64,000 nt of DNA from Lytechinus pictus (taxonomy: Eukaryota). Below are positions 1-11,477 of this stretch, in pieces. The notes beneath the pieces are model-generated. The model was not told the origin of the DNA, searched no databases, and was given only the letters and a program-made list of their open reading frames with translations. The stretch covers positions 24,616,001 through 24,680,000 of the forward strand of contig NC_087252.1 of the NCBI RefSeq assembly GCF_037042905.1. Direction: 5' to 3'. The position numbers and the translations under genes were made by a program. Each line of letters starts with the position of its first letter. Positions within the stretch are counted from its first letter, which is position 1.

Positions 1-295
1 AAATGACCTACTTATCCCCTATAAATAGTACCAAATTGTAGAAAATTTATTTGTCTTTCATATGACACTAATTTTGTGGCAATGGAATATTTATGTCAAA
101 ATCTATGTACGAAAATTCAAATGTTCTGAAAATTTGGCGGCCATTTTGAAAAAAGCGCCCTCACGGGTTAATTTTCAGGATACAGCCTGGTTACCTCATA
201 TATTCATATTCAGCGTAAAAAACTGGTCTAGAAGCACTATATGAAAATTTCTCCTTTTTCTTGTGGCACCTTGCTCAATTATAACCCGGACTATA
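1..295. mobile_element. End of an unclassified AT-rich insertion that interrupts the Gypsy gag ORF
   Basis: Non-coding sequence ending ...CCCGGACTATA directly abuts gag-like codons (CAG TTG AGT AGG = QLSRQAEARKQ); the gag N-terminus and 5' LTR are not in the window. Confidence 0.45.
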
Positions 296-607
296 CAGTT
301 GAGTAGGCAAGCAGAAGCCAGGAAACAAAACAAGCCTGTCGTGAGAGGTTTTCCTGAGAGTGAGAGTTCAAACTCATCCATAGAGCATGTCAGACACAAG
401 CGCAGGGGAAATTTCTCAAAGAAAACACCTCAAAATCTGCAAGGAAACTGCAAGTGGTGTGGAAGGCAGAATCATGTACGTGCCGACTGCCCCGCAAAAG
501 ATGCAAAATGCCATCAATGTGGAAAGATGGGTCACTTCCAGTCTGTGTGTAGAAACAAAAATCCAGGAAAAGGAAAACAAAAGGAACAAAAGGAAAAGCT
601 AAAGTGA
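296..607 (+). CDS. gag: Gag C-terminal fragment with two CCHC zinc knuckles
   Basis: CKWCGRQNHVRADC and CHQCGKMGHFQSVC (CX2CX4HX4C). Confidence 0.85.
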   Translation, partial: QLSRQAEARKQNKPVVRGFPESESSNSSIEHVRHKRRGNFSKKTPQNLQGNCKWCGRQNHVRADCPAKDAKCHQCGKMGHFQSVCRNKNPGKGKQKEQKEKLK

Positions 608-3600
608 GCAAAGTGGATGCTTCTGATGCTTTCGATGACATTGACATCCCCTTTCTTGGCGAAATCAGAGAGAATGAGAAGACATACTGGAGTGCAGCTA
701 TTCTTGTAGATGGGCTTGAAACACACTTCAAACTAGATACTGGAGCATCAGTTACTGTGCTGTCTGATTCTACTCCATGGCTGAACAGAAATAACCTACA
801 ACCAACAAACAAGAAGTTACTTGGTCCGGGAGAAAAGGTTCTGACTGTAATTGGACAGATGACAGCAACCCTCCAGCATAGAGATAAACAGATCAAGGAA
901 ACTCTCTATGTGGTTGAAAATCAGAGATGTTCATTGCTGAGCAGGAGGGCATGTTCAGACTTGAATCTAATCTGCAAGGTGGAGGAAGTAGACTACCAAA
1001 ATGGAGAAAATGCAAACTTCAAGGCTGAATTCCCACAGCTCTTCACTGGATTGGGAAAACTGAAGACAGCATACCAGATCACATTGGCTCCAGATGTCAA
1101 ACCAATGTGCCTGTACACAGCCAGGAAAGTTCCGCTCCCACTCCTACCCAAGGTGAAGAAAGAACTAGAGTCCATGTTGAAGCAAGGGGTAATCTCAAAA
1201 GTGACCGAACCAACAAAGTGGTGTTCAGGGATGGTTCCAGTACTAAAGCCCAATGGTTCAGTTAGAATTTGTGTAGACCTCACATCACTGAACAAAGCAG
1301 TTGAACGAGAGATTCATCCAATGTCTTCAGTGGATGAAAGCCTTGCAAAACTGGGAAAGAGTACGATCTTCACAAAGTTAGATGCCAACAGTGGTTTTTG
1401 GCAGATACCACTAAGTGATGAGTCCAAGCTGCTTACAACTTTCGTCACTCCATTTGGGAGATTCTGCTTCGACCGACTGCCATTTGGCATAACGTCTGCG
1501 CCTGAGGTCTTCCAAAGAACGATGTCAAATATCCTGGAAGGACTTGATGGAGTGATTTGCCACATGGACGATGTGCTAATCCATGGTGTAACACAAGCAG
1601 ACCATGACACCAGAGTTCGAGCTGTCCTTCAACGTTTGCAGGAAGCAGGAATCACACTAAACCATGACAAGTGTGAATTCTCACAACAGAGAGTGAAGTT
1701 CCTGGGGCACTTCATAGACAGAATTGGTGTCAAAGTTGATCCAAGCAAGACAAAAGCCATTCGTGATTTTCCAGCTCCACGTACAGTGAAGGAGTTACAA
1801 AGATTCCTAGGAATGGTGAACCAGGTGGGGAAATTCCTCCCCGCACTAGCTTCTATCAGTGAACCACTACATCAACTTCTGAAGAAGGACAATATATGGT
1901 GCTGGACAGAAGTACAACAGAGATCTTTCAAACAGATCAAAGAGATGCTGATCTCAACAGAAGTCTTGGCTCATTATGATCCTGAACTACCAACAGTCAT
2001 TGCAGCAGATGCATCCTGTGCCGGAATTGGTGCAATCCTGTATCAAGTGCAGAGAGATGGAAAACGTAGACCAGTGTGTTATGCATCTCGATCACTGACA
2101 GAGACTGAGCAGAGGTATGCTGTGATCGAAAAGGAAGCACTGGCAGCTACTTGGGCATGCGAGAGATTCTCTGAGTATGTCCTGGGTCTTCACTTCGAAG
2201 TAGAAACTGACCATAAGCCATTGGTCACACTTCTGAACTCGAAGGAACTTGCCAAAATGCCTCCACGTCTCCAACGCTTCAGAATGAGAATGATGAGATT
2301 TGACGCAAAGACTCTGTATGTTCCTGGAAAACAGCAGACTTCAGCTGACACCTTGTCACGAGCGCCAGTAGAGAGGCCAGGAAGGAGTGATGTCAGTTTC
2401 ATAGAGGAGGTTGAATCCTATGCGTCAACATCAACCATCAACCTACCAGTAACAGTGAAAAGACTAGATGAAATCAGAAAAGCACAACAAGCAGATGAAG
2501 TATGTGCAAAAGTCAGGGACTACTGTATCAAGGGATGGCCAGAATATATGCCACACAACCCTATCCTGAAGAACTACTTTGAGCAGAGAGGACACTTGAG
2601 TGTGGTAGATGACTTGCTGGTCTATGATGAAAGATTGGTGATTCCAAGAGCTCTGAGACTTGATATCCTTGAGAAGCTACATCAAGGACATCTAGGAATA
2701 ACCAAATGCAGAGGAAGAGCCAGAGAATCAGTGTGGTGGCCAGGTCTATCAACATCATTGGAGGAAATGATTTCAAACTGTACAACCTGTGCTATCCATC
2801 GACCACAAGTCCAAGAGCCTTTGATGACCTCGTCCTTCCCTTCAAGGCCATGGGAACGTCTTGGAATGGACTTGTTCGAACACAAAGGAAAAACATTCCT
2901 GATAGTCGTTGACTACTACTCAAGGTGGATTGAAATCAAACAACTGCAAGGTCAGACAACAGCAGCAGTGATTTCTTCCCTGAAAGAGATCTTTGCAACA
3001 CATGGGATTCCAGACCTTGTAGTATCAGACAATGGCCCACAATTTGCCAATGAGAACTTCAGAAAGCTTGCTGAAGTGTATGGATTTGTCCATACTACCA
3101 GTTCTCCAAGGTACCCACAGGCAAATGGTGAGGCAGAACGAGGAGTTCGCGCTGTCAAAGCATTGCTGAAAAAGTACCATGACATCAACCTAGCCCTTCT
3201 CAGCTACCGAGTATCTCCACTCCAAAATGGGCTAGCTCCATCAGAACTTCTCATGGGCAGGAGATTGAAAACTCAGGTTCCTGTGTTACCACACACGCTC
3301 CTGCCACAACTACAACAGCAGGACCTGAAATCTGTGAGAGAGAAAGAGGAGAAGTACCGGTCAGATCAGATGATGACCTACAACAGACGTCATGACTCAC
3401 GTGAGCTTCCAGAGCTACAGCCAGGAGATTTGGTTTGGATCCGTGATCAGTCTCGCTATGGGAGAGTTATCCAGAAAGCAATACAACCAAGATCCTACCA
3501 TGTCCAGACAGAGCATGGTACAATACGTCGCAATCGGAAGGCACTGATTTCCATCCGGGACCAGGCAAAGACTACAGTGCCAGATCCTTCCAGTGACGTG

Positions 3601-3759
3601 CCAACCAGCCCTGATGATCCTGATGGTGAGCCAGATACCCTGCAGCCTACCCAGCAGACTGGCCCGAGTCAGCAAGGTGCATCACCAACAAGAGGTATGA
3701 CGGAAACACGAACAAGATCCGGACGACTTGTAAAACCGCCCAACAGACTGTCTCTTTAA
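553..3759 (+). CDS. pol: Pol polyprotein (aspartic protease, reverse transcriptase, RNase H, integrase), in the -1 frame relative to gag
   Basis: Protease FKLDTGA; RT LPFG..SAPEVFQ and HMDD; RNase H ADAS..GIGA, EKEALA, TDHKPL; integrase HQGH..CTTC and DDE (MDLF, SDNG, NGEAE); C-terminal TRSGRLVKPPNRL. Frame opens after TAG at 550-552. Confidence 0.95.
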   Translation, partial: KQKSRKRKTKGTKGKAKVSKVDASDAFDDIDIPFLGEIRENEKTYWSAAILVDGLETHFKLDTGASVTVLSDSTPWLNRNNLQPTNKKLLGPGEKVLTVIGQMTATLQHRDKQIKETLYVVENQRCSLLSRRACSDLNLICKVEEVDYQNGENANFKAEFPQLFTGLGKLKTAYQITLAPDVKPMCLYTARKVPLPLLPKVKKELESMLKQGVISKVTEPTKWCSGMVPVLKPNGSVRICVDLTSLNKAVEREIHPMSSVDESLAKLGKSTIFTKLDANSGFWQIPLSDESKLLTTFVTPFGRFCFDRLPFGITSAPEVFQRTMSNILEGLDGVICHMDDVLIHGVTQADHDTRVRAVLQRLQEAGITLNHDKCEFSQQRVKFLGHFIDRIGVKVDPSKTKAIRDFPAPRTVKELQRFLGMVNQVGKFLPALASISEPLHQLLKKDNIWCWTEVQQRSFKQIKEMLISTEVLAHYDPELPTVIAADASCAGIGAILYQVQRDGKRRPVCYASRSLTETEQRYAVIEKEALAATWACERFSEYVLGLHFEVETDHKPLVTLLNSKELAKMPPRLQRFRMRMMRFDAKTLYVPGKQQTSADTLSRAPVERPGRSDVSFIEEVESYASTSTINLPVTVKRLDEIRKAQQADEVCAKVRDYCIKGWPEYMPHNPILKNYFEQRGHLSVVDDLLVYDERLVIPRALRLDILEKLHQGHLGITKCRGRARESVWWPGLSTSLEEMISNCTTCAIHRPQVQEPLMTSSFPSRPWERLGMDLFEHKGKTFLIVVDYYSRWIEIKQLQGQTTAAVISSLKEIFATHGIPDLVVSDNGPQFANENFRKLAEVYGFVHTTSSPRYPQANGEAERGVRAVKALLKKYHDINLALLSYRVSPLQNGLAPSELLMGRRLKTQVPVLPHTLLPQLQQQDLKSVREKEEKYRSDQMMTYNRRHDSRELPELQPGDLVWIRDQSRYGRVIQKAIQPRSYHVQTEHGTIRRNRKALISIRDQAKTTVPDPSSDVPTSPDDPDGEPDTLQPTQQTGPSQQGASPTRGMTETRTRSGRLVKPPNRLSL

Positions 3760-3968
3760 ACTAAACAAGATTTTGGACAGTAATATTGGGATAGTTAATG
3801 TTGAAATTAAAACACAACTGGACTCAGACTGAAAGAACATTTTCAAGAAACTTATCAGTGAACTCTATAGCCGGATCTTCCTTTGGAATATTTTGGACTA
3901 AGATTTTGGACTCTGGAATTAATTGGAACTTCATGGAACTCTGGACTGTTAATAAGCTTGGGGGGAGA

Positions 3969-4088
3969 TGTGGGAATATTATAACGACTTGATTGAAGAC
4001 TAACACATGTACAGTGAAACGGAGTAAAGTCACACAACAAACCGTACTACTACCCTTGTATTATCTGTTTATTCCGAGTGATTCTACA
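3969..4088 (+). repeat. 3' LTR (120 bp) preceded by a polypurine tract
   Basis: GGGGGGAGA (3960-3968) immediately followed by TGTGGGAAT...ATTCTACA (TG..CA, imperfect terminal inverted repeat); AGTAAA poly(A)-like signal inside; repeat array begins at 4089. Confidence 0.75.
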
Positions 4089-7000
4089 GTCTAATAGAGG
4101 TTTTCTGTTGGTCCAACTTATAGAAGTTTCCTGTGGGTCAAATGGAATATTTTTTATGGTCCAATACCGGTTTTCTGTTGGTCCAATAGAATTATTCTGT
4201 CGGTCCAAAAGAAGGTTCCTGTGGGTCTAATAGAATATTTTTGATGGTCCAATAGAGGTTTTCTGTTGGTCCGATAGAATTATTCTGTCGGGCCAATAGA
4301 ATTTTCCTGTGGGTCTTATAGAATATTTTTGATGGTCCAATACAGGTTTTCTGTTGGTCCAATAGAATTATTCTGACAGTCCAATAGAAGTTTCCTGTGG
4401 GTCTTATAGAATAGGTTTTAAGGATCCAATAGAGGTTTTCTGTTGGTCCAATAGAATTATTCTGTTGGTCCAATAGAAGTTTCCTGTGGGTCAAATGGAA
4501 TATTTTTAATGGTCCAATACAGGTTTTCTGTTGGTCCAAAAGAATTATTCTGACAGTCCAATAGAAGTTTCCTTTGGGTCTTATAGAATAGGTTTTGAGG
4601 ATCCAATAGAGGTTTTCTGTTGGTCCAATAGAATTATTCTGTTGGTCCAATAGAAGTTTCCTGTGGGTCAAATGGAATATTTTTAATGGTCCAATACAGG
4701 TTTTCTGTTGGTCCAAAAGAATTATTCTGACAGTCCAATAAAAGTTTCCTGTGGGTCTAATAAAATATTTTTAATGGTCCAATAGAATTATTCTGTCGGG
4801 CCAATAGAATTTTCCTGTGGGTCTTATAGAATATTTTTGATGGTCCAATACAGGTTTTCTGTTGGTCAAAAAGAATTATTCTGTCGGGCCAATAGAAGTT
4901 TGCTGTGGGTATAATCATGGACCTACATGTATTACGAATGGACATTCAATGAGAGCATTTTATGACCACCACCTGTTTCCAGCTGTCAAAATTGCTGTCT
5001 ACCCCTTAACTTTCTCTTTACGCGTTTTTTACGACGACCGCCCGGGGCGATTGTTTACACAAGCTCCTTTCGGCCGATGATCGTCACCGATCGATCACTG
5101 GCCCTCTTTCGACCAAAGACGGTCATGTTGTAGCCCCGATTGCCAATAGGGAAAGTCCCTACATTACCTAGAATGCAATGCGCAATTCATATCCGGTTTT
5201 TCAGTACATTATTTTAGGCTCTCTATAATGTGCGATTGTCGTCTGTCCATCAAAAAAAATCCCGTTAAATTTCATCAATCCTGTGGAATTTTATGCCCAA
5301 ATGAAAATCAACTTCTGACCGAAGGTAAGCGCTACTATCGACATCAATACTGTCCGAAAAAGATGAAATTTAAACGTTTTTCCGCAGATTTTTTCGTCAA
5401 ATTTCAACTGCTTTTTTGCCGTAGATATACGGATCTGCAAGGTGATGTCAATGCATTTCATTTCCGGTTGTTAGCGATGTACGTAAAAAATACGTTTATG
5501 CACGCCTGTTTTCTTGTTTCTGCTATCATTTTCATAGCGCTAACGTTCGCTGCTGTGCGTTGCTTTTGATAAAGTGAACGAACAACATCGCAATGGGTAG
5601 GAGCAGCGTACAATAGATTTCCGCTGTCCATCAGTGAGAGCGTGTTTTACGACCGGCTTGATGGGTGTCAGCTGCCAGCGCTCTGTTTATAAAAGGATTA
5701 GCGGCGACGGTCTTTGGGTCAAAGGAGGGGATTCGTTGAATGTCCATTCGTAATAGGTCCATGGTATAATAGAATATTTTTGATGGTCCAATAGAGGTCT
5801 TCTGTTGGTCCAATAGAATTATTCTGTTGGTCCAATAGAAGTTTCCTGTGGGTCAAATGGAATATTTTTAATGGTCCAATACAGGTTTTCTGTTGGTCAT
5901 ATAGAATTATTCTGTCGGTCCAAAAGAAGGTTCCTGTGGGTCTTATAGAATAGTTTTTGATGGTCCAATTGAGGTTTTCTGTTGGTCCAATATAATATTC
6001 TGTCGGTCCAATAGAAGTTTCCTGTGGATCTAATGGAATATTTTTGATGGTCCAATAGAGGTTTTCTGTTGGTCCAATAGAATTATTCTGACAGTCCAAT
6101 AGAAGTTTCCTTTGGGTCTTAAAGAATAGTTTTTGATGGTCCAATAGAGGTTTTCTGTTGGTCCAATAGAAGTTTCCTGTGGGTCAAATGGAATATTTTT
6201 TATGGTCCAATACCGGTTTTCTGTTGGTCCAATAGAACTATTCTGTCGGTCCAAAAGAAGGTTCCTGTGTGTCTAATAGAATATTTTTGATGGTCCAATC
6301 AAAGTTTTCTGTTGGTCCAATAGAATTATTCTGTCGGGCCAATAGAAGTTTCCTGTGGGTCTAATGGAATATTTTTGATGGTCCAATAGAGGTTTTCTGT
6401 TGGTCCAATAGAATTATTCTGACAGTCCAATAGAAGTTTTCCTGTGGATCTTAAAGAATATTTTTGATGGTCCGATATAATTTTCTGTTGGTCCAATAGA
6501 AGTTTCCTGTTGGTCCAATATAATTTTTCTCTTGGTTCAATAGAAGTTTCCTTTGGGTCCAGTAGCAGATTTCTATGGGTCCCATAGAAGTTTCCTGTGG
6601 GTCTAATAAAATATTTTTGATGGTCCAATAGAAGTTTTCTGTTGGTCCAATATAATTTTTCTGTTAGTCCATTAGAATTATTCTGTCGGGCCAATAGAAG
6701 TTTCCTGTGGGTCTAATAGAATATTTTTGATGGTCCAATACAGGTTTTCTGTTGGTCCAATAGAATTATACTGTCGGGCCAATAGAAGTTTCCTGTGGGT
6801 CTAATAGAATATTTTTGATGGTCCGATATAATTTTCTGTTGGTCCAATAGATGTTTCCTGTTGGTCCAATAAAATTTTTCTTTTGGTTCAATAGAAGTTT
6901 CATTTGGGTCCAATAGCAGATTTCTATGGGTCCCATAGAAGTTTCCTGTGGGTCTAATAGAATATTTTTGATGGTCCAATAGAAGTTTTCTGTTGGCCCA

Positions 7001-7260
7001 ATATAAATTACCTGTTGGTCCAATAGATTTCTTCTATGGATCCATTAGATGTTTTCTGTTGGTCCAACATAATTCATATTTAACCAACAGAAATTTTCTG
7101 TTGGCCCATCAGCATTTTTCTGTAGGTGGATGTTGGTCCAATATATATTTTCTAATGGTTATGTTGGTCCCATATTTCATAAACCATTAGACTCCAACAG
7201 CTCTAATGGTTTCTGACGGTCCATTAGGCTATTGGACCCTAATGGAATTTCGTCCTTGGA
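4089..7260. repeat. Complex ~20-21 bp minisatellite array (core TTTTCTGTTGGTCCAATAGAA) with higher-order periodicity, possibly subterminal repeats of a large DNA transposon
   Basis: Many GGTCCAATAG-type units; array degenerates and ends at ...AATTTCGTCCTTGGATA (~7260). Confidence 0.85.
4916..5763. mobile_element. Non-autonomous P-element-like DNA transposon
   Basis: TIRs CATGGACCTA[CATGTA]TTACGAATGGACATTCAA / TTGAATGTCCATTCGTAATAGGTCCATG; 7-bp TSD GTATAAT (4909-4915, 5764-5770); no convincing ORF. Confidence 0.85.
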
Positions 7261-7409
7261 TAGGAATGACTTTTAAAGTCACTCTTTAATCTTTGTGAAA
7301 CACCCCCCCCCCCCATGACGGGCCTAGAAAACTTGCTTGTTTAAATATCTGAAGTAGATGGGAGGAGAAGGAAGACGAAAGATGAAGAATAAAAAAAGCT
7401 TCAACGTAC

Positions 7410-7540
7410 CTTGCTTGCATATCTGAACTCCCATCTGAAAAACGACCTTGTGGCGACTTTGACTGGAGATCAGTCTCTGGTGGTGTGTCCTGGGCATGCT
7501 GTAAATGTTCTTTCTCTAGTCTTCGGATCTTGGCTGCACT
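7410..7540 (-). CDS. CENATAC: CENATAC/CCDC84 homologue, coding exon 4 (SAAKIRRLEKEHLQ...)
   Basis: TTTTGCAG acceptor, AG|GTACGT donor, phase-0 join with exon 3; resembles the coiled-coil segment recalled from human CCDC84 (EMAAQIREVEQ). Confidence 0.75.
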
Positions 7541-8112
7541 CTGCAAAATATGAAATATGAATGGTGTAACTCTGATTATTACTGCAGGACCGGTATCCCT
7601 GGTGGGTGTTTCATAAAATTAAAGTTACAAGTGACCTTACAAACAACTGGTGATCCTTTCTTGTGGTAAAATGACACACCAAATTTTCATTGGTGTTGAT
7701 TTACTACGCTTCCTAAGAATGGATCATCTGTCGTTCGTAAAGAGGCTCGTAACTTACAACTTTAAGAGACACCAATTAACCTAATACAGTAGATGCAGAA
7801 AGATGAGGGGAACAATTCAATATTGAATTAATTCTTCTTTTTTTTTAAATAAGAAAATCAAAAAGTATAGGAACTTGAATCTTGTCCAAGTCAAATACTA
7901 TAAATTCACCCCATAAGATATGACAAGTAAACTATGACAAGATATGATGACAAGTAAACTATGACAAAAATGTTCAGGAAGTATCCAGGAATATAGGCCA
8001 GCATGTATATGAGTAGTTAAATAACTTTAGCTGGTCAGTGCCTATGCCATAGGCTAGGGCATATTGGCATTAACATGGCTAGTGCAAAGGTGAGGGAGAA
8101 AATATATTTTCA

Positions 8113-8567
8113 TAATAGACCAGTTCATAGTTGCTTCTGGACAATTTTGGTCAAATGACCTTTGATTTCTTTCAGTGTGATAGGCAGATTTCAAAGCAAG
8201 ATATTACGTAAGCATGCCTTACATAGCAAGATAAAGAAATGAATAGACCAGGTGACTAGAATAGCAGACCATTCAACACTCTATGAAGGTATTTGTTGCA
8301 TTTCTACTTTGAATGCATACTATAGCATATTGTACAATGTATTTTCAAAACTGTGAGATACCAGTCGTCCGTGGACAAATTGTTGTGTTTTGTGGAAGTA
8401 AATGAAAAACACAACTCAAAGGAATATATGAATAATAAAGACATCAAAGTTGGTGCTTATCTCATTAAATTTTAAACCACCATGTCACTTTAGTACAAAT
8501 GACCTTCCTCTGATCATGCGCAGAATCTTCTGATCATGCGCAGAGTGGAACTACGAACTGGCTTATT
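8113..8567. mobile_element. MITE with imperfect TIRs
   Basis: AATAGACCAGTTCATAG ... CTACGAACTGGCTTATT. Confidence 0.5.
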
Positions 8568-8626
8568 GTAAAAATTTGTAATATTCATGTAATGGCCTTT
8601 TTTTAAAATCTACTTGTCAACCTGAC

Positions 8627-8795
8627 CTCTTGTAGATCTGCATGAGCCTTGTTTTCAAACTGGTCCAGGGCCTGAGTGAGGTTGGTCTTGAATGTGCTGT
8701 AGTCCTCGTCGGAGAAGACCAGACGCTGTTTTATCTTATCTGGATCGCCATTGTGTGTGCGGTAGTACTTGATGGAGGCTTGTTTGTGGGAGGCA
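8627..8795 (-). CDS. CENATAC: CENATAC/CCDC84 homologue, coding exon 3 (ASHKQASIKYYRTHNGDPDKIKQRLVFSDEDYSTFKTNLTQALDQFENKAHADLQE)
   Basis: TTTTCACATCAG acceptor, GAG|GTCAGG donor; 169 bp completes the phase-2 codon of exon 2; resembles recalled human HKKATNKFWW...DYARFKKSMVKGLDSYE. Confidence 0.85.
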
Positions 8796-9568
8796 CTGAT
8801 GTGAAAAAAAATAAAAATAAAATAATGTTTAGTTCAATCAAAGAGTTAATTATTGTAGAATTCTTTTCCTGGGGGTGCAATGAATGCAAAAAAAGAACAT
8901 ACCAAAAATTAGGTACCTATTTATGTAAGCCAAATATTTCACCATGTTCATCCTTGCTTCAGTTGTAAAATGAAGATGGCAGTACTGTCATACATGTATA
9001 TGATAAAAAATATGTACCAAAAAAAAAAAATAGAATAAGAGTGTATAGTTCAATCAGACAGTTAATTGATACTTTTCCGGGGGAGGATCAATTAAAAATA
9101 TAAGATATAACAAATTACGGACCTATTTGTGTCAGTAGGTTAAACATTTACACGTTAATCATTGCTTCAGTTGTCTTTGGAGATGGCTGTACTGCAGTAT
9201 ATGATATCTTAAAATATTATCATCTGAAAGATTATAGGCCGGCCTACACATTTACTGTATGTTTATGTTGAAATAAAACATAATCAAAACAGTATATCAT
9301 TGATCCAAATTTTCCATCCTGAATTTCTGCTGATGAATTTAATATATTCGAATCTGGTCATTAATATTTTGGGTATGCTTTGTTATTTCATGTTCATCTA
9401 CCCTGCCTGGACTGTAATAGATCATGGGCTAGCAATCTTGTCCTTTTATTTACAAATTACCAGTTTTTATCTTGTATTTTACACTGTTCCCTTTCCTTTT
9501 GTATTAATTGCTGTTCCATAAAGTAATATGCAAAGCTCCCCCCCCCCCCATAAATTACCAGAGCTCAC

Positions 9569-9732
9569 CTGCACAAGTGTTCAATAAACATTGCCAATTT
9601 GAGTGTAACGAGTCCATCCTGGGCATGCCGGGGAACGTCACAGGAACAGAAGATACACCAATAGGTGGAACCCTTCTCGTACGACCCTTCAATGACCTCT
9701 GGACAACCAATCAGAGCTTCAGCTGCCTTCAC
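9569..9732 (-). CDS. CENATAC: CENATAC/CCDC84 homologue, coding exon 2 (second zinc finger: WCIFCSCDVPRH...IEHLC)
   Basis: TTTGTGCAG acceptor, CAG|GTGAGC donor; resembles recalled human WCLCCGCEVREH...LEHLAS. Confidence 0.88.
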
Positions 9733-9997
9733 CTGCACAAACAAATTGATCAATTGATTAAATGAGATTATAAAGAGGAAAGCAAGTTACAGAGGAGGGT
9801 GGATAATATAAGTGATCTGGTAGGTGTAAAGCAGTTCAGAAGTTAAAAGCGACTTTACAAACGACTGGTGATCCTTTCTTAGGTGTTAAATCAGCATCGG
9901 TGAAAATATGGTGAAATCATTTACCAGAAGGTTCACCAGTAGTTTGTATAAAGTCACTCGTAACTTACGAATAGCGCCTGAAGAAACACCCACATGG

Positions 9998-10162
9998 TGG
10001 GTGTTTCATAAAGCTGTTCTGAAGAGCGACTTTAAGAACGACTGGTGATCCTTTCTTGTGGTAAATGGTATATTGAATTAGCGATGGTTTAGTGTGTAAG
10101 AAAGGTTCACCAGACGTGCTTGAAGTCGCTCTTAACTTACAAACTTTATGAAACAGCCCCCT
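9998..10162. mobile_element. ~165-bp palindromic MITE family (GGGTGTTTCATAAAG...TTATGAAAC), possibly PIF/Harbinger
   Basis: Near-palindromic; related copies at ~7603-7765, 9820-9992, 14117-14290, 17711-18085 (with a nested MITE at ~17851-18063) and 21687-21857. Confidence 0.7.
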
Positions 10163-10884
10163 GGTTTAAAATTAGGCGATATTGCAGGACAGGGCCCCCA
10201 TTTGCATAAAAGTACGGCCATTTTGCCATCCAATGGTAACTACCATGGTAACGCTGATCAACAGCCAATCAAAATCAAGGATTCCATGCAATATACCATT
10301 CGATGGCACAGTTATCATAATGGTTACTTTTGTGCAATGGGGGTCAGCTAGGTGTCAGTGTTCATGTCATCGCTATATATTCCTTATTCAACTTACCATA
10401 ATAATCAACTTACGGTTGTGGACTTCAACAGCCCGCGGAAGACTAGACAAAAATAAATCATAACAAACTAATAATGAAAATGCTTCCTTGACAGAAAGAG
10501 ATCATGCACATCTAGTATTCTCATCTTTAAGTTAGCGACCTATTCTCTTTTTAACTTGAATAGTTTGATCTGAACTTTTCTCTCAAGTATTCACTAACTT
10601 TCTCATCCACCACAAGTCTTGTTCTATTCACTGAATTCTTTGGAAAACATAATTCCCATTGCTAAAACCCCAAGTAGGAAAATGTAGAAAATTTCCTTTC
10701 AAAAAGCAGGTTAGCCTAACTATATATGTTCCACTATATCAAGCATGATTTTTTTAATGAAAATTATTTCATGCCCTCTTCCCCCACCTACCATTTTCTT
10801 GAATATAGACTGTGGACTTTGCTTTTTTCCTTTTGTCCCCCACCAACCTCTCTGAGGGACTCTATATGCATGATTAACAAGTAT

Positions 10885-11358
10885 GACGGTTTCAAACCGC
10901 CTCGATCACAAGAATCCCTGTTAAATTACGAGAACATTTTTAGGCTAAAAAATACCCGTTAATTATTCCTGCATTCACACCGCCCCGAAACATACCCCTC
11001 GGGATAAATTCCTGAAGTTAGGAGCATGCGCAGTATGGTCTAATAAGCAGGCAAGGCGCGAGATTCAAAACCACTAGCCCAGCAGCCACCCACGGCGCCC
11101 GCGCCCAACGACACGCTGGGCTAAAAGTTCCCGTAAATTGCTTTCACATTGCCAAAATACCTGCGACCTTGGAAAAATCCCAGCGAAAGTTCTCGTAATT
11201 TCGCCAAGTACCTACTATTTAGCGGGTATTTTCTTTCGGGGAAATTACGCGTAGTTTGATTTCACATTACCAAAATACCTGGTATTTTCTGATCAGGGTC
11301 AATTTCCCGATCAGAGAATACCTGGAACTGACCAACTTCGAGACGGTCTGAAACCACC
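10885..11358. mobile_element. MITE with TIRs
   Basis: GGTTTCAAACCGCCTCGA ... TCGAGACGGTCTGAAACC. Confidence 0.65.
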
Positions 11359-11477
11359 TTTTGAGTAACCACTTTCCTATAAGAAATAGGTGTTTTCATT
11401 GGCCAGGATGTTTTTAAAAATTGAATTAAGATTTTAGTTTGAACAGTGGCATCCCTGCTCTCTTCTATTATCACACT

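Larger units (their letters stand above)
296..4088 (+). mobile_element. Ty3/Gypsy LTR retrotransposon (Mag/SURL-like), 3' portion
   Basis: gag zinc knuckles, PR-RT-RH-IN domain order, polypurine tract and 3' LTR. Confidence 0.93.

Noticed and set aside
4192..7023. Several repetitive ORFs (IGPTENLYW...)
   Set aside because: Translations of the minisatellite array
4089..7260. CRISPR-like look of the repeat array (also 40325-41085)
   Set aside because: No unique spacers, no cas genes, eukaryotic context
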